Shown here one piece after another: positions 43,500 to 58,044 of a stretch of 64,000 bases of DNA (positions are counted from its first letter, which is position 1; the number at the start of each line of letters is the position of its first letter). A program made the translations under genes and the position numbers. Origin of the DNA: Paraspadella gotoi (Eukaryota; Animalia; Chaetognatha); contig CM119263.1 of the NCBI GenBank assembly GCA_051294375.1, positions 8,684,908 to 8,748,907 on the forward strand. The letters are read 5' to 3'. Under the pieces are notes generated by a model. It searched no databases and was not told the DNA's origin. It saw nothing but the letters and a program-made list of their open reading frames with translations.

Positions 43500-44190
43500 A
43501 CAAAGTTTGGCTCTAATTATGGATAAACGATGTCCGTCCGTCTGTCTGTCTGTCCGTCCGTCCGTCCCACCTTAGCAAAAAACTCCAATTACTCGTGATT
43601 GGATGGATGGATTGGAATAAAATTTTGTGTGTGGGTAGGGAAATGTGTGATTGAGCTGGATATGAAGTTTCGATGGAATCGTCCGATTAAAAATGAGTTT
43701 AAATGGAAAAAACAAAAAAATATAGTTCACTATTTGAATACCAATTACTCATGAATGGATGGGACGATTGACTTGAAATTTTGTATTTTGGTAGAAAAGT
43801 GTGTGATTAAGCTGGAAATCAAGTTTCGATGGAATCGTTTGAGTGGAAATGAGTTTAAATGGAAAAAATAAAGAACCTGTTTCACTAATTGATTATGCTT
43901 CTTTTTTTTAATTTTAAATGTAAATGCAAGATGTATTAATTAATCAAATAATTAATCAGTTAATCAATTAGTCAATTAATTAATCAATAATTAATTAATC
44001 AGTCCATCAAAACAAACATTTTGGATCAAATTAATTAATTAATTTCCTAATCAATTAAGTAATTAACTTGATTAAATTAATTATTAATTAATGAAATAAT
44101 TAATTATCTTGAATTAATTATTAATTAATAAATTAATTACCGATAATGATCGTGGGCAGATCCGACATTATTTGCTCAAACTTGTTTATA
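43500..44190 (+). mobile_element. Second HINE/DINE-1-like copy
   Basis: Same (GTCC/GTCT)n core and internal repeats as 38040-38730. Confidence 0.5.
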
Positions 44191-44604
44191 TTTTTTTTTA
44201 TTTATACATTGGCTATGAAGCGAAATACATAGATTATCATTAATTATATTATGAATTGAGCTTTTTCTTTCGTTTGCCTTGCATTCCCGGCCCAATTAGG
44301 AGTTTGCTTCCGAAACCATCGCTGCCAATAGCATTGCTATTTTTTAACGATTAATTATTTTTAAAACGAAGCAAAAAAAACAAATTCAAATGAATGTAAT
44401 TAATTTTCTAATCCATTCAATGATCAGGCAGGGTAAAAAAGGAAACGCTTTGTTAAATATATATTATTGCAATACGTGAGATCCTTGGAATTTAATTGGT
44501 TAAATTATTGCAGATATTGTTTTTCAAATGTTTAGCTTTTTCGCGAAGTCTCTGCCAATTTCCGGAGCGCCATTGAAAACTCGGCGCCATTGACCGGCGC
44601 CAGA

Positions 44605-46831
44605 TCAAGCGACCGGAGTGGCGCCGCCCTCGGCCGGCGGCCTGGTCGAGGATTGACGCGAAACGACCGATTTGGCGTCGCCGGTCTCCGCCGCCTCCGC
44701 CTGCGGGTTACGGTCTTTCTTAGGTCGTTGACGAGATTTGACGACGACGCGCATAAAGGCCGGAGCAAGGGTGACGCCGAGGAATGGCGGGTCCGTCACG
44801 TCCTGGGGTGAAGGTTTGGGTATATTAAACCGAGGCATTTTTCTGGTTGTGGCAGAGTGAAAAGATACGTATATGTATTATGTAATCAAATTTCGAGGCT
44901 CGCTTTAGCCTTGCTCACTTGCACCATAAGAACGTATTCGCCGGCGCGAGCGCAGTATGGGTTGTCCTTGTTTGGTAAATTAAAAAAAAAATAAACAAAA
45001 ACCAAAAAAATCACTTAATAAATAAAGTATTTAAATCAATTAAACTCTTACCTCCGTCCTTTTGCTCGACTCTTTCGTGGGATGCGTCCCAGTGTTTTGC
45101 GACGAAGCCCTCGACTGAGACTCTCGATGAGTCCCTGCGGCAGAAGGAAGGCCGGACGTGCGGACAGCGTCGCCCTATCGGGGAAGGATTTTTATTTACA
45201 ATATTCTCTTATTCAGTGCGAAACGAAGTACTTATAAAACGCAGTATTTTTTGCCACGCTTTTTTTTCTTACTGTCTTTAAATTGCCACGTTTTGTAGGT
45301 TCATTTGTTTACTTATTTATATTTAAATATTGTTAACTGATGTTTTATTGAAAAATGTTATAAAATAAAATTGACAAAGATCAACGTTAATTTTTTTTCT
45401 CGTTTTAAAGTCAAAATCCTAGTTTCATCATTATCTTTCCACCTGCGAAACTGCTGCTGTGAGTCCCGATTGCGCGCGTGATCTTTCTGCTGCGCCGCCC
45501 GCCGCCTCCGATGCTCCGTCATCGCCTTACAAAAAAGGTCAACTAAATTTGAGAACTGTGAGGTATTCTAATAAATAAAGAGATGATAAAATACTAATAT
45601 TAAAATGATAAAAACTGATTTAAAACTTATCCACGATAATCTGGACATACAGGCACTATTTTTAAAAAGCAACCCTTAATGTACTTAATACTTGGAATAA
45701 AATTTTTTACCCTATTATCTAATCTCTTACCAAATTCTCAACCCAACCACTAACCCTAATCCTGAACCTAATTTCTAATCCTAATCCTTAATTTTAATCC
45801 CGATCCCTAATCCTTAACCCTAATACAATCGCTGACCAGCTTGACTTTTCTCTGTGAAGGTTCCGTCTTCCGCCATCTGCTTTGCCGCTTCTTCGGCGTC
45901 CAGGATCATGAAGGGGCGATAGTTGACGGGCGGTTTGGGAAGGAAGAGTCCGTCGAAGGAGCAACTGGGGATGTGGAAAGGATCAAGGGAGGGAGAAATG
46001 AAAAGATAAAAAATATTCCACCAAGTGGAGGACGGAATTTTTAGTGAAAAGAATTCGATACCAAATAAAATGAACGAGAGTTTATTTCAGTATAACATCG
46101 AAGGGAAATGCAAATATAATAATGAGCGCGAGAATAAAATAACAATGACTTTTATATGAACTACTTTGTTTATCAAAGTAGGAATGTAAACGAAAATGGA
46201 ATTTTAGGCCGAGAGAAATATTATTTACATTTTTGTAATTTACTAAATTCTTTCTCCCAATCTTCACTGAGTGAAAAAAAGAGAGAAAAAGTATTAAGCT
46301 TTAAGGGCATCACGACAAAAGAAAACGGACCAGAAAAAGAGGAAAAATGACCAAAAAGATGAAAGAGACGGGAAGAAAATAGGCCAAGTTGAAATTTTAG
46401 TTTAATATACGAAATTTCGATAAACTTAGATGAATTGAGATAAATTTAGATATGATTTGGTGAAATTTAAAAAAATCTCCATCCTACGTACATTTAAATT
46501 TTCTCTTCCAATGATTTTCTTTCTTCATCGACACTCCTTAATTTATATGCCCCCCCTGCCTTCCACAACGTCCCGCCGATCGGCCCTACCTGCCCGCTTC
46601 CGTCCTGGCGTTGGGCGGTGGAGGCGGCGGCGCCTCGTCCTCCAAATCGTGCAACGCCGTCGAGGTGGCGCCGTCGTCGCTCATGTCGTCGAGATGGGAG
46701 GCTGTGGTGAGTGCGCGCCTGGGGTGAGGCGTCGGGGCCGCTTGCGACGCAACTCCATCGCGTGGGACCGCGGGGTTTTGGGAGAGGCGGGAGGCGATGG
46801 GAACCTGTTAAGGAGGGAAAGAGGGGGAGAC

Positions 46832-46862
<31 letters not shown>

Positions 46863-47596
46863 AATACAGAGAGAGAGAGAGAGAGAAATACAGTGAGGGT
46901 AGGGAATAAATTCGAAAATTAAATTTCGCTTTCCTTAAAACGTTGATAAATAATATTGAAAATTCCAAAAAAATTAATCAATAACCAAATCTAAATGATG
47001 CGAAACCGATCCGCTACGACCTGCGACAAACGAGACGCGGCAACAGGAGTCGGAGCAGCGCCAGGCGCAGCGGCGTCGCCTTCGACCTCTGCTTCCGGCG
47101 CCGGGACGCCGGGAGCGACCGAGAGACGAGAGGTGGCGCCGTCGATGACGTTGGCGGGCGTGGCTGGCACGGGGGCCTCTTCCGGTTTCGCGGCGCCTGA
47201 AATAAATAAATATATGAATGATTTAATAAATAAATAAATAAATTACTTAAATGACTGAATGAATGATTGAATGCGTAAAAGAAACAAAAGTACAAATTTC
47301 TCCTATTTCCTGACCCTCTTCTCCCTCATCATTCTCCTCCTCGGCCAGCGTGTTCAAGACGTTGGCCGGGACTTGATCGGTCAACGGATACCAAACGACG
47401 TTGTAGTCGAAAGGCGTCTCCACGGGCTCCTCGTCGATGAGGTCCTCGATCAGGTCGAGGAAGGGCGTGTCCTCCGGCGCCGTCACGTGACGAAAACCGG
47501 CGCCGATCGACAACTCGCGGCCTTCGTCCGTCACGAGGGCGCCGGATTCGTCCACGCATTCCACGTCGACGACTAGGAGTTCGCCTGGACGGGGAG

Positions 47597-47631
<35 letters not shown>

Positions 47632-49034
47632 TGAGTAGTTTATTGCGTTGTTGATTATAATTAACTGATCGATTGATCGAATTGTTAATTAATGAATTAA
47701 TTTATTGGCTTAAATTTTGATTAATTTTATGAAATTGGTACAACCAATTATTTTATTGCTCTATTTTTTAACATTCATTATTATTATCATTATTATAACA
47801 GATAATTACTTGATTGCAGATTAATAGTTGGATTGTTTGATTCGGGGATAAAATTAATAATGGATAAATTCATGGAATTGATTGGTTGATTGATTTAATT
47901 GATTGTTGTATAGATCGATCGCGATTGAACTCGCCTTGCTTGATTTCCACCGGCTCTTCGGTGACGATCCTCAAAGCGGCCGCCATTTTTTCCGGTTTCC
48001 CGTTGATCCAAACTCCTTCGTAGGTCATCCCGGACGCGTGGTTCAGCGTCCCTTGTCCGTTGAAGGAGTCGCCGCGGAACTGACCCTCGTAGACGCTTCC
48101 GTCCGGGTAAGTCAGCTCCCCGTGACCCTGTCGTTGACCCTTGATCCACTGACCCTCGTAGCGCTCGCCATTGGCGTAGACCTGAATAAATTTAACTTAC
48201 CTCGAATGATTTTTCTTCGCGAAGAAGTCGCATTTAAAACTGAAAGATTTGAAGATTGTGTCGGATTGCTTCGACTCCTCCATACAACCTGCATCCCCTC
48301 TCCGTGCTTCCGATTCTCGTGGAACTGCCCTTCGTACACGTCGCCCTCCTTCGTCTTCAACACTCCCGCCCCCTGGCGGCGATTACGCTGGAACCGCCCC
48401 TCGTAGTGGCCGCCGTCGCCGTAGGCCATAGAGCCGTGGCCATGAAGCTCGCCCTTGTCGAACTCGCCTGAAGGAGGTGTGGAAAGCGGGAGGTTTTTAT
48501 TTATATATTTATTTCCCTTCCATAAAAAAATAAAGTTTTAAAATACGGCGTCTTATTGTCCCCTCCTAAACCTTACTCCCTTCTTACCAGTGTACTTGTT
48601 ATCCGTTTCCGCCCAGAATCGAAACCCGTTTCCGTCGATTTCTCCGTCGACGAACTGACCCTCGTAGTATCCGCCGTCGCCCATCACCAACTTACCATGG
48701 CCGTGCTTTCGACCCTCCAGCCACTCGCCTACGGGAGGTTGGAGGGAAAATGGGAATTTGGGAGCCCCGAAGGTAAGGGAAGGTAGTAATAGAAAAGAGC
48801 AGTCAATGAAATATCAAGATGAAAGTACGAATGAGCATAGGAAAATTGATCGGGGATAGAAAGATGGATAGAGATGGCTCAAATAAACATCAATTTTATT
48901 ATTTACTGACCCTCATATCTGAAAAACTTGTTAGCGTATTGATAAACGCCGAATCCGTCTCTCAGTTGGTTTCGCACTTCACCGACGTAAGCATCCGCGA
49001 TCCCTGCCACTTCCTTGCCTATGTAGATGGCCAT
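44605..49034 (-). CDS. MORN1: MORN repeat-containing protein 1; multi-exon (49034-48911, 48728-48588, 48467-48289, 48181-47935, 47584-47315, 47196-..., last exon 44802-44605)
   Basis: [29 protein letters not shown] and further YEGxFxxxxRxGxG repeats; C-terminal GEYVLMVQDVTDPPFLG matches the MORN1 C-terminus as I recall it. Middle exons are only approximately traced. Confidence 0.88.
45740..45823 (+). repeat. Degenerate (CCCTAA/CCTAAT)n telomere-like hexamer tract within a MORN1 intron
   Basis: TAACCCTAATCCTGAACCTAATTTCTAATCCTAATCC...TAACCCTAA. Confidence 0.55.
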
Positions 49035-50214
49035 ATTTAGTGCTTTTATTGCAAATGAAGCAAAATATATTTGGGAGCACTGTCTGCATGACTGCCAGCG
49101 TCGGTAATGGGACGCCGTGGTCATGCCAACGTCGGGAGAACTTTTAGAAAACAAAAGGATAGAAGTAACCCGCTTGCCTCATGGGTGGCAGCACCAGTTT
49201 TCGGAATTCTCTTCCCGCACCTTCAAGAGAACAACGCTCTTAAGTGGATTAAAGAAATGAAACAGCAGTTCTTTATAAGATTTCTTATCCATTATTTGTC
49301 AGTCGGTCGTTTTACAGTACATCCTCTTTCGTTTAACGCTTTTATTTTTCAAACCAAAGGATTAATGCTTAAATCTCAGATAGTTAAATCCATAACGCTC
49401 AAAAGGTGACAACCTTTAATCTTTAACCATTAATCTTTCGCGGTATCATCGTTCCCATTTTTACGCGTTTGGTGTCGTCGGCACAGGCTCCGTAGAAGAC
49501 TCACCTGTAAGCAACTGCATGATCAACATCCCAGTCGGCCTCATCAAGTTTTTCACAGTTGTCGAGAACAATCACTGTCTCATCCCTTCGAAACCAGGAA
49601 TGTATCTCCACTGAAGTGACCTTCCACGTTTCCGTTGTTCAAATTATTTAAATGGGGTACTATCTGTCTTCCTCGCTGTCGTCGTCGTCGTCGTCGTCGT
49701 CGTTGGCGCAACTGCTGTTTCCAGTCTTTTATTTCGTTTCGTCTTAGTTGCCAGCACAGCCCCTTGCATGGGAACGCCGCCTATCTCTAGAATTTCCTCG
49801 ACTTGAGCAATGAGCGCCCTTCCTTCGTTGACTGCTTCATCGTTAAAGATACGAGGCCTCCCACAATCTTACGGCGTCGCCGTTTCTCTTTCTCTTTTCC
49901 GCCACAAGACGCCGCCTCCACTTCCGCTCCGCCACGCCTTCTTGGGAAGATGCCACTCCATGTCACACCTCTCCACCGTAATTCTAACGACACTCCAATG
50001 TCGTCACGCCTCTTAGCCGCCTCCGCCACCGCCGCAAGACGCCGCCCCAACGTCTCTCCGCCGCCACGCCCCCTCGGCGCTATAATCGCTTCCGGTCGCC
50101 GACGACGAAACGCATAAATTACTGTTGGCGCTTCGTTGCCGCGTCGAGATGGAGACGAGGATAGCGGATGACAAATGACCATCTCTCTCTCGCTCCATCC
50201 TTCAGCATATACGG

Positions 50215-50312
<98 letters not shown>

Positions 50313-51721
50313 CGTGTCTCAGAGTGCATGGCTTTTGTTTCTATTTTTAATGGTTTGCCTTCGGTTCTTAAAGGATTCAAAACCGACGCTTCCAAGAAAC
50401 GCGTTGTCATGACGACGACCGTGTTTATTATCGTTGCGGGAAAGATAAATTCGGATTACTGCGGTCTAAGACTAAGAGGTCGATTATATATAATATCCGG
50501 AAAATCGTTGCACATACGAAGGCTAACCGTTGAGCAATATTAAGTCGTTGCGGTAAAAGTTATGGTTTTAGCCAGAAAAATTCGATAAACAGCTGCTATT
50601 CCCACCTCCAAATTTACATCCGCAATAATAATACTTAGTCGTTTAAATACTTTATTTATTGATTTTTTAAATGATCATTCGTTGTCGACTTCCCCTTATC
50701 CCTCTAGAGTCTAGACCTTCCTCTCAGCTCACCCTCAGGAGCCACATCAGCCCCTTAATTCCCACAAATTGTGTTTACCCTTTTTAAGGATTCCGCCCGC
50801 CGCTTTGCCTGATATTTTTTGATGCATCGTAAGGAGTAAGTAGCTCTCTAACCTATGTAATACGTCTGTATTAAAATTGTATTTAAACCTTAAATCTTTC
50901 AGAGTCGTTCACGAAATTAAAGGAATGTGCTTAAAACTTCCTTCACACTGAATAGTATTCGAGCATATTTATTAATATAATATTTATATAATACTATTAT
51001 AAGGAAGAAGTAAAAGCGACGCATTGCATTCTTTTCTTTCAAAGTCTCTCATTTTTCGAGCCTCTTATTCTCATCAATCATGGGTTTTCTCTCCAGCGGT
51101 TCTGCTTACGTGCGGAAATTTTTTTTTCTCATACGGTCGGAAAATTAAATTGATTTTGCGTTTATTATTGAATGAAAATAAACATAAATATGCCGAGGAA
51201 AAATCTCACCCTATTTTCAGAGACAAGACCGGATTTTCTGATCGGTAAACGCTTTTAACGATTATCTAAAAATCAATCTTGATGTACTCTTATGTCATGT
51301 AACCACGACTCGATTATCCTATCGGTAATTTAACAATGAATGACACGAAACAATTAATAATGAAGAAACCTACTAATTTGTTTTTTTCGTTTTCCTTTAC
51401 TCAAGGACTAAAAACAACAAATTTATTTATTCTCATCTTATCTCAAAGTTTACCGATTATTCTCCACGCCCCCTGGACTCCCCTCACGAAAACAAAACAA
51501 AAGGGAAGAAGAGTTTAAACAATTAAGAGCTGAGATGCAAACACATTCGTTCGATTGAAACGCAAACAACGCACCGGGATAATGGAAGCCGAGGTCCGAA
51601 ATTTTTTGGGGAGACACAAAAATAAATTGCAACCCGTCAATCTTCGAATGCGATAAAATTCAATGATGACAAATATATCTCAACTGTCAACGAATGTCAC
51701 ATCTGAAACTCGAGGATCTCC

Positions 51722-53252
51722 TCATCCGAAAAAAGTCATGTTATCGAAAACGATATCAGCGACTCTCACGTCGCCATAACGAAGCTCGGCCACTTTTCTC
51801 AAGGCCGCTTCGAATCTCGCCGCCGCCCGAGGATTGACGCGTTCCGAGTTGGAAGCGGTCACGCCCACTCCGTCGCGCCTCTCCTTGGACGACGCCGGCG
51901 GCCCCAAGAGGACGTTCTTGATCTCGAAGACCCACTTCTCCAAAATGCCGCGAGTTGACGCTTCGATCTCCAGCATCGCCGAAGCTTCGTCGAGGCAGTC
52001 GTCGAAACGATCGAGAGAGAAGAGAGCTTGGACCTGAGATGGAAGACGAGAGGAGATGGAGGAGATGAGGAGATGAGGGGGAAAAGTAAAGGAAGGAGGG
52101 GGAGGAGGAAGAGTAGGGGATTTATGAAAAGGTTCATGAAGACTGAGGAAAGGAAGGATTTACTCATGAGTCACTGAACCCCCCATCGGCGTGAACGTGG
52201 ACAATGCGTATAGAATTTAAAATAGAACAAGATTTAAAAAAATATAGTGGGAAAGGCGAATGAAAGAGAATTAAAACATACGTATTCACTAATTTTTAAC
52301 GAGAATTAAATGAACATAAAAAACGACGACGGTTTTCCATGGGAAAAATCTGGGATAAAGCAAGCTAGGAGCTAACGAAAATAGTTACTATTATTTTGTG
52401 GTGGGGAAAAGAAAAGTCATTCGAAAATGGTATGTTGTGGCGCTATAACAACACCGCCTAACCTCCGACATTATTCAACCAATCCCAGTGGCTAAGCGGG
52501 GAACGCACAATCCCTATCCACTTCCCACTGCGTTGGCAAAGCGAGACGGCGATATGATAACCGTGTAACTACTCAGGGTCCGAAACTCCTAGCGTCAATA
52601 GGTGAGATCGCCTTCCCAGCTGTTGCTAAAAGTAATAAGTATTAAAAAATAGAGTTGAGATGAAACGGGTTCCCGTTGCTACCGAAACCCTTTCTTGACT
52701 CCAATCCCTTCACAATCAAACGCACCTTCAAAAACCTCAAGTTGGACTCGACAAAGTCGCCGGCGACGATTCCTCCGAACTCTTCAAGAGTCGCGTCGAC
52801 GGCGTCGACGATCATCTCCAACACTGAGACTCGATCTGCGGACGGAGGATGGCGGAGACAGGCTTTGTACTGGAGGTCCAGCTCGTTGAGGATGGCTTTG
52901 AGTGAAGGGAAGGAAAAATGGAGAATGGGAAATGAGATAGAGGAGATTTAAAAGAAAAGTATATTGAATGGTGTATTTAATTTTTGACTTTAAAAGAAAA
53001 GTAAATTGAATGGTGTATTTAATTTTTGACTTTAAAAGAAAAGTAAATTGAATGGTGTGTTTAATTTTTTACTGTACAGTTGCTGTTTGTTTGTTCTTTA
53101 TGTTCTCTCTTTGTATATTTATTTTGAGGATTTATTTGAAATCGTTTGTAAACTGAAGATTTTTTATTTTTCCTCATTTTCGTTTTTATTAGTTTCTGTT
53201 CCATATTTTCAACATCATCATCATCAACATCATCATCATCGTCGTCGTCGTT

Positions 53253-53291
<39 letters not shown>

Positions 53292-56200
53292 TTCGACGTC
53301 TTGTTTGTCAAGGGGTAAGTTTGCGAGTGACTCCGCTGACGAGTTGTGCAGAGAGTGAAAAGTTTATGGTGTCTTCCGGCCTAAGCCATGGGTCGGGTTA
53401 AGTGAGGTCGGGTTAAGTGAGGTCGGGTTAAGTGAGGTCGGTCGAGTTCATTGTGCTTAAAAAGATTCGTCGCTTCCGTCGTCGTCGTCGTCGTCGTCGT
53501 CGTAAAACTCCACGGAGACAGAGAAAACAAAAGACAAAGTTATATCGTCCACGACTTTATAACTTTTTAAAAGGCCATGTCCTTACGATTTGTACGTTAG
53601 ATTCAATCCTCAAACAACAAATAACAAAAACTATTAAAAAAAATTGACTAAGAATCGAGTCCGATTTGAAATTACAAAAAAAAAAATTAAAAAAAAAAAT
53701 CATCGGAAATCTGAAGTGGTTGTTGAATCTGATGTCGATTTTTATCGGAAAAGAGGAATATTAATGGTTTCACGCGGGAGGAAGGGAGGGAGGAAAGGAG
53801 GAAGGGAAAGGGGGGGAGGGTGAGAGGGGAATAAGGGGAGAGGGGAATAAGGGGATAAGGGGAGGGGAGAATTAGAGAGGGGATGGCGATGACGAAACAA
53901 GAGGAAGGGGAGAAAGAGAAAATAGGGTGAAAAAAAAACATGGGAGAATGATAAAGAAAAGATAAAAAAGGAAACAGCGATTAACGATAATTAGAAAGCG
54001 AATGAAAACAAAAAGAAAACAAAAAGAAAAAAAAACAGGTTTAGGAAAGCTAAGAAAAGGAAACATTTCAGGATATTTTTAAAGTAAGAAGATCACCAGT
54101 CAGTAAGGATTAGTGCCAAATAGAAAGAAGCGAAAAAGTCAGAAAAAAAAGAAGAAAATGCTAGTGAAGAGAATTGAAAAGAAGTCTTGAGCTCAAGTCT
54201 TTCAGAAATGCGGGATATGATGAAAGAAAAGATGGAGAGAAAGAAGCAGAGGATGAGGAGGAGAAGAGAGAGAGAAAAAAAGAGGAGATAATATCGACAT
54301 CCTGGAAACTAAGTATTGACGCTTAAAAAGAACAACAAAAGTGACTTTGACCTTAAAACAACATCCACCGAAAAGAAACTTCTATAAACGCATTAGACAG
54401 AAACAAAAAGAAAACACATGACAATTATTAGGTAAGTTAACATTAGCATGAAACTTACTCACCTTCTACCATCTCAATCTCGTCTCGTTTCCTCCACACC
54501 TCACCAACCATCGGGATGTTGTAATCCCCCAGAAAGGCCTCTCGCTCCACCATCGATTCCGGTTGTCTGTAGCAGATGGTCAGCTCCTCTCCCCGCTCCA
54601 CTCGACCACTCGTCCTCATGGTCATCACGCTCCCCTCGGTGCTCCAGACGACGTTCGGGGTGAAGGAGTGGTTGAAGAGAGCGGCCATGGGCCAGAGGCC
54701 AGAAATGTCGGTGTCTAGAGGAGGGCGGGAAGCGTGACTATGGTACATTGCCAAATGCAATAACTGATATCTGCTCAATCTGCTGTAGTTTTAAAATGTA
54801 AGAAGTAACAACTTCCGTTGCCTATGTCGAGGTTCCCTTATCATAGTAATAAATATGTTAAAAGAATATATAAAAGATAACCTCCCATGCGGGGAATCGA
54901 ACCCCGGCCGTGACGGTGAAAGCGACAAATCCTAACCACTAGACCACATGGGACGCCACTCTTTATTATCGCCTTGAGCCCAACGCGACGACAAGATGAG
55001 TTCATCTTCAAAATATCGACAAATTGGAAACTTACTTTCTTTCGGCTTATCTCGCTCCTCCTCCTCCTCCTCCTCCTTTTTCTCCTCCCTCCCTCTCGTC
55101 CTCGGTTCTCGATGCAGCAGATTGAAGAGGGCGGGATTTGCGGCGAAAGAATTGGCGGCGATGACGAGCGCCGCTTTCCGCTCCGTCGGCCAGCGGAGTC
55201 GCGGTTGTCGGCAGACGTCGAATGATGACAACAACCTCGTCGTGATTTCCTCGTCGACGTCGACCTCCAAGATTCCGGGCAGAAGCGGAGGATCGGATCC
55301 GTCGATGACGAAAACGTCCGGCGTCGGTCGGGCTTCAGTGTCCGCTGAAGGGCCGATTAACGTTTGACTATAAATTTTTAAATACAAAGTTTTAAAGCTG
55401 AAACGTAATGATATCTTGACTCCGCTTTAGTAAGCTGACAGAAGAAGGCCGCGCCAGCGTAATATAAACGGACCACGCAGGTTGATTAATAAATGTTCAA
55501 AGTTAATTAGAATGACGTTTCCTCAAGGACTTCAATTCAAAGCGACGTCGATGAATATTCATTTTCCCATAGAAAAAGGTTTAGCCTTTTAGGCCCAAAC
55601 CGAGTTGCCAACAACGTCAAACCACGTCAACATCGGATAACGTCAAAAACATCGTATACCATCGGCCAACGTCCTTCACCTTCGTCAAGTTTTTCGTCGA
55701 CGTTATCCGTCCCCACCGACAACGCCTCAACTCGCGGCGCCCATTCCGCGGCTTCGCTCGTTTCCATGGCGACCCTCGCCCGGCGCCCTCTGTCCACGGC
55801 GCCGAGAAAGGTCATCAGCGGAGCCCCGACGTGGAGGAGCACGCCGGCGTCGAGGGCTTGAGTGGCGACGACGCCGAATCCTTTGAGGGGGAGATGGGCG
55901 ACGCCGAGTGGGCCGTAGTACTCGGCCGCGTCCCAGCGGGCTGCGGTGTGATCGGTGGTGGTCGGGGTGGAGGATGTGGTTGATGCGGTGGTGGTTGTGG
56001 TGGAGGATGTGTTTGTTGTGGTGGTAGTTGTGGTGGTGGATGTGGTTGATGCGGTGGTGGTTGTGGTGGCTTTTGTGGAAGGGTAGGAGTGGACGGAGGA
56101 GAGAACGTAAGGGATCCAATCAAAGTCGCCTAATTGAGAAAAAGAAACAAAAATCAAAACAGATTATATCCTTCTGACTTTTTAAATAAATAGATGAAAA

Positions 56201-57420
56201 ATAGTAAATGGATAATAAATACATAAATGAATAATTAAACCAAAATTACAGAGTAATTTTACAGAATCGTTAAATAATAACTTACAGTTAAATACGAAAA
56301 TGACGATAAATGCCCACCACTTTAGTCCTTACCATTTCTATTTTACAATTTTTATACAATTTAATTCTATCTTCCGAGTATCGACCTGACTTTAACTCGC
56401 CACCCGGTAATAAACCCCGCCTCACCCTGTGTCTCCCTCCAATACTTCTCCAGCTTCTCCTTCTGCTTCGCCTCGAGCATCGGCGCCAACTGCGCCGCCG
56501 CGTCCGCGGCCGCTTCCGGCTGTCGCGCGAAGATGAGGGCGCGGAGGAGGAGAAAGGCGGCGTGGGAGGCGCAGCAGCAGGGCGCTGGCGGAGAGGGTGC
56601 GGCGGAAGGGACGGGAGGGGACGGTGCTTGGGAATCCGGGGCGATTGCAGAAAGCGATAAAGGTGGCGTGACCAGAAGGGGATGCGAGGAAATGAAGAGC
56701 GTCGCCAATTTCGCAAAGCTGACGATAGGGGGAAATCGGATTAATGGATTATCGGAAAACAATGGACGTTTGGACGAATGAGAACAAACAAAAATTTATA
56801 GAGATTAATCGTCGGATATGTTTTAAGTGTTAAAAATAAAAGACTGGAAGGATGATGCTGAACACGGTAGAAAAAGATAAGTCATCAAGAGGGCCTTTCG
56901 TCAACTGGGTGAAAAAAATTAATAAAATCGGCCGGTGACCAAGGAGACACTTGGCGCTCGGCAGCCGCTTTTACAAACACACGGATAACAATAACAAATT
57001 AATTTGAAAAAAAAAAAAAAACTCGAAGTTTGTTCGGTGAGCAGCAGAGTTTTTTGGTCTCCGGGAAATGAATTCTTTTTATTTATTGGTGAATAAATGT
57101 GACACTTTCAGTTACAATGTACCATTGAAAGCTTTTTTTTGATAAACGTAAAGGCGACAACGCAAAACTCCAATGACGCAGCGTCACAACGCCATCGCAT
57201 AACAAACTGGCCACCACGCCACAATGCCTTCACGCCTCCACGCTACTCACCAGACGTGACGCATAGGATGGAAACGAGAGCGTCGCTTCCAACTCTCAAC
57301 TCGATTTCGGAAACGCTTAATTCTATTTGGCGCGCGCCACGTCCGCCAACGCCACCGGAAAGCGTGTGGGCGTGGATCGGCGTCGTGGATGCGCGTACGA
57401 AAGCGAACGTTAAAAAACAT
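51722..57420 (-). CDS. SET-domain (SMYD-like) lysine methyltransferase; exons ~57420-57251 (uncertain), 56718-56426, 56129-~55680, ~55343-55036, 54714-54463, 52895-52726, 52033-51722
   Basis: SET-N LKGFGVVATQALDAG; SET-C GLWPMAALFNHSFTPN...GEELTICY; helical C-terminal region; splice phases compatible. Confidence 0.8.
52436..52627 (+). repeat. Structured dispersed repeat, copy B (related to 21489-21680)
   Basis: Ordered shared blocks with copy A, plus A-box-like TGGCTAAGCGG and B-box-like GGTCCGAAAC. Confidence 0.6.
52948..53070 (+). repeat. 42-bp tandem repeat x3
   Basis: TTAAAAGAAAAGTAAATTGAATGGTGTATTTAATTTTTGACT recurs. Confidence 0.85.
53391..53441 (+). repeat. 15-bp tandem repeat (GGTCGGGTTAAGTGA) x3
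   Basis: Directly visible. Confidence 0.85.
54882..54953 (-). tRNA. tRNA-Glu (TTC), intronic in the SET gene
   Basis: TCCCATGTGGTCTAGTGGTTAGGATTTGTCGCTTTCACCGTCACGGCCGGGGTTCGATTCCCCGCATGGGAG: intact acceptor stem and A/B boxes, one U-U mismatch in the anticodon stem, downstream T-run. Confidence 0.9.
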
Positions 57421-58044
57421 CCCTAGACAATGTGAGCTTAATTAAATATCCGAATGATCGTTAATCGATTAACTTGCGTAAAATAAAATAACCTAAGGGC
57501 GGAAAGTATTTTAACCGTTGATTGTAAACAACCTCATCGTCTGATTTGCATTGTTTTTTTTTCGCCTTTCGGTTCCGTCATCGACGACCATATATTTTAT
57601 TGGTTATCCTGTATTTGATCCGTCGGTCCGTTGATCCCGTCTCCATCAGGAATCTCGCTGATTTTGCAAACTTGTCGACGTCGGTTGCCGATTCAGCAAT
57701 TATTTTTTTTCTCGGCCTCTAAAGGTGAGTGAAGTGTAAACCCGATCGAACTTCCCGATTTCCTCTCCTCATTTTTTTGTTTTCTCTAGCGTCGTCGTCA
57801 ATTGTGGTCGGTCTGTCGCTTTCGCTTTTATTTCCCGATTTTTTCACGACTGCAAATCACTTTCTCAAATGTGTTGCATTTTTAAAAAGTAAACTGAACA
57901 TTACAATAAATCATTGATCAGTGATGAGTTCTTCTTAATCTCTAAAATATTTGTTTATTATTCAAAGTGTGTAAATTTTCGTTTTGAATTCGTTCAAATT
58001 TTACCGACGATCGTCTCTGCCATTCGTCAGCAATAAAATTAGTA

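Noticed and set aside
49500-50120. Exon-like GC-rich segments upstream of MORN1
   Set aside because: No homology or clear open frame; may be UTR or promoter.
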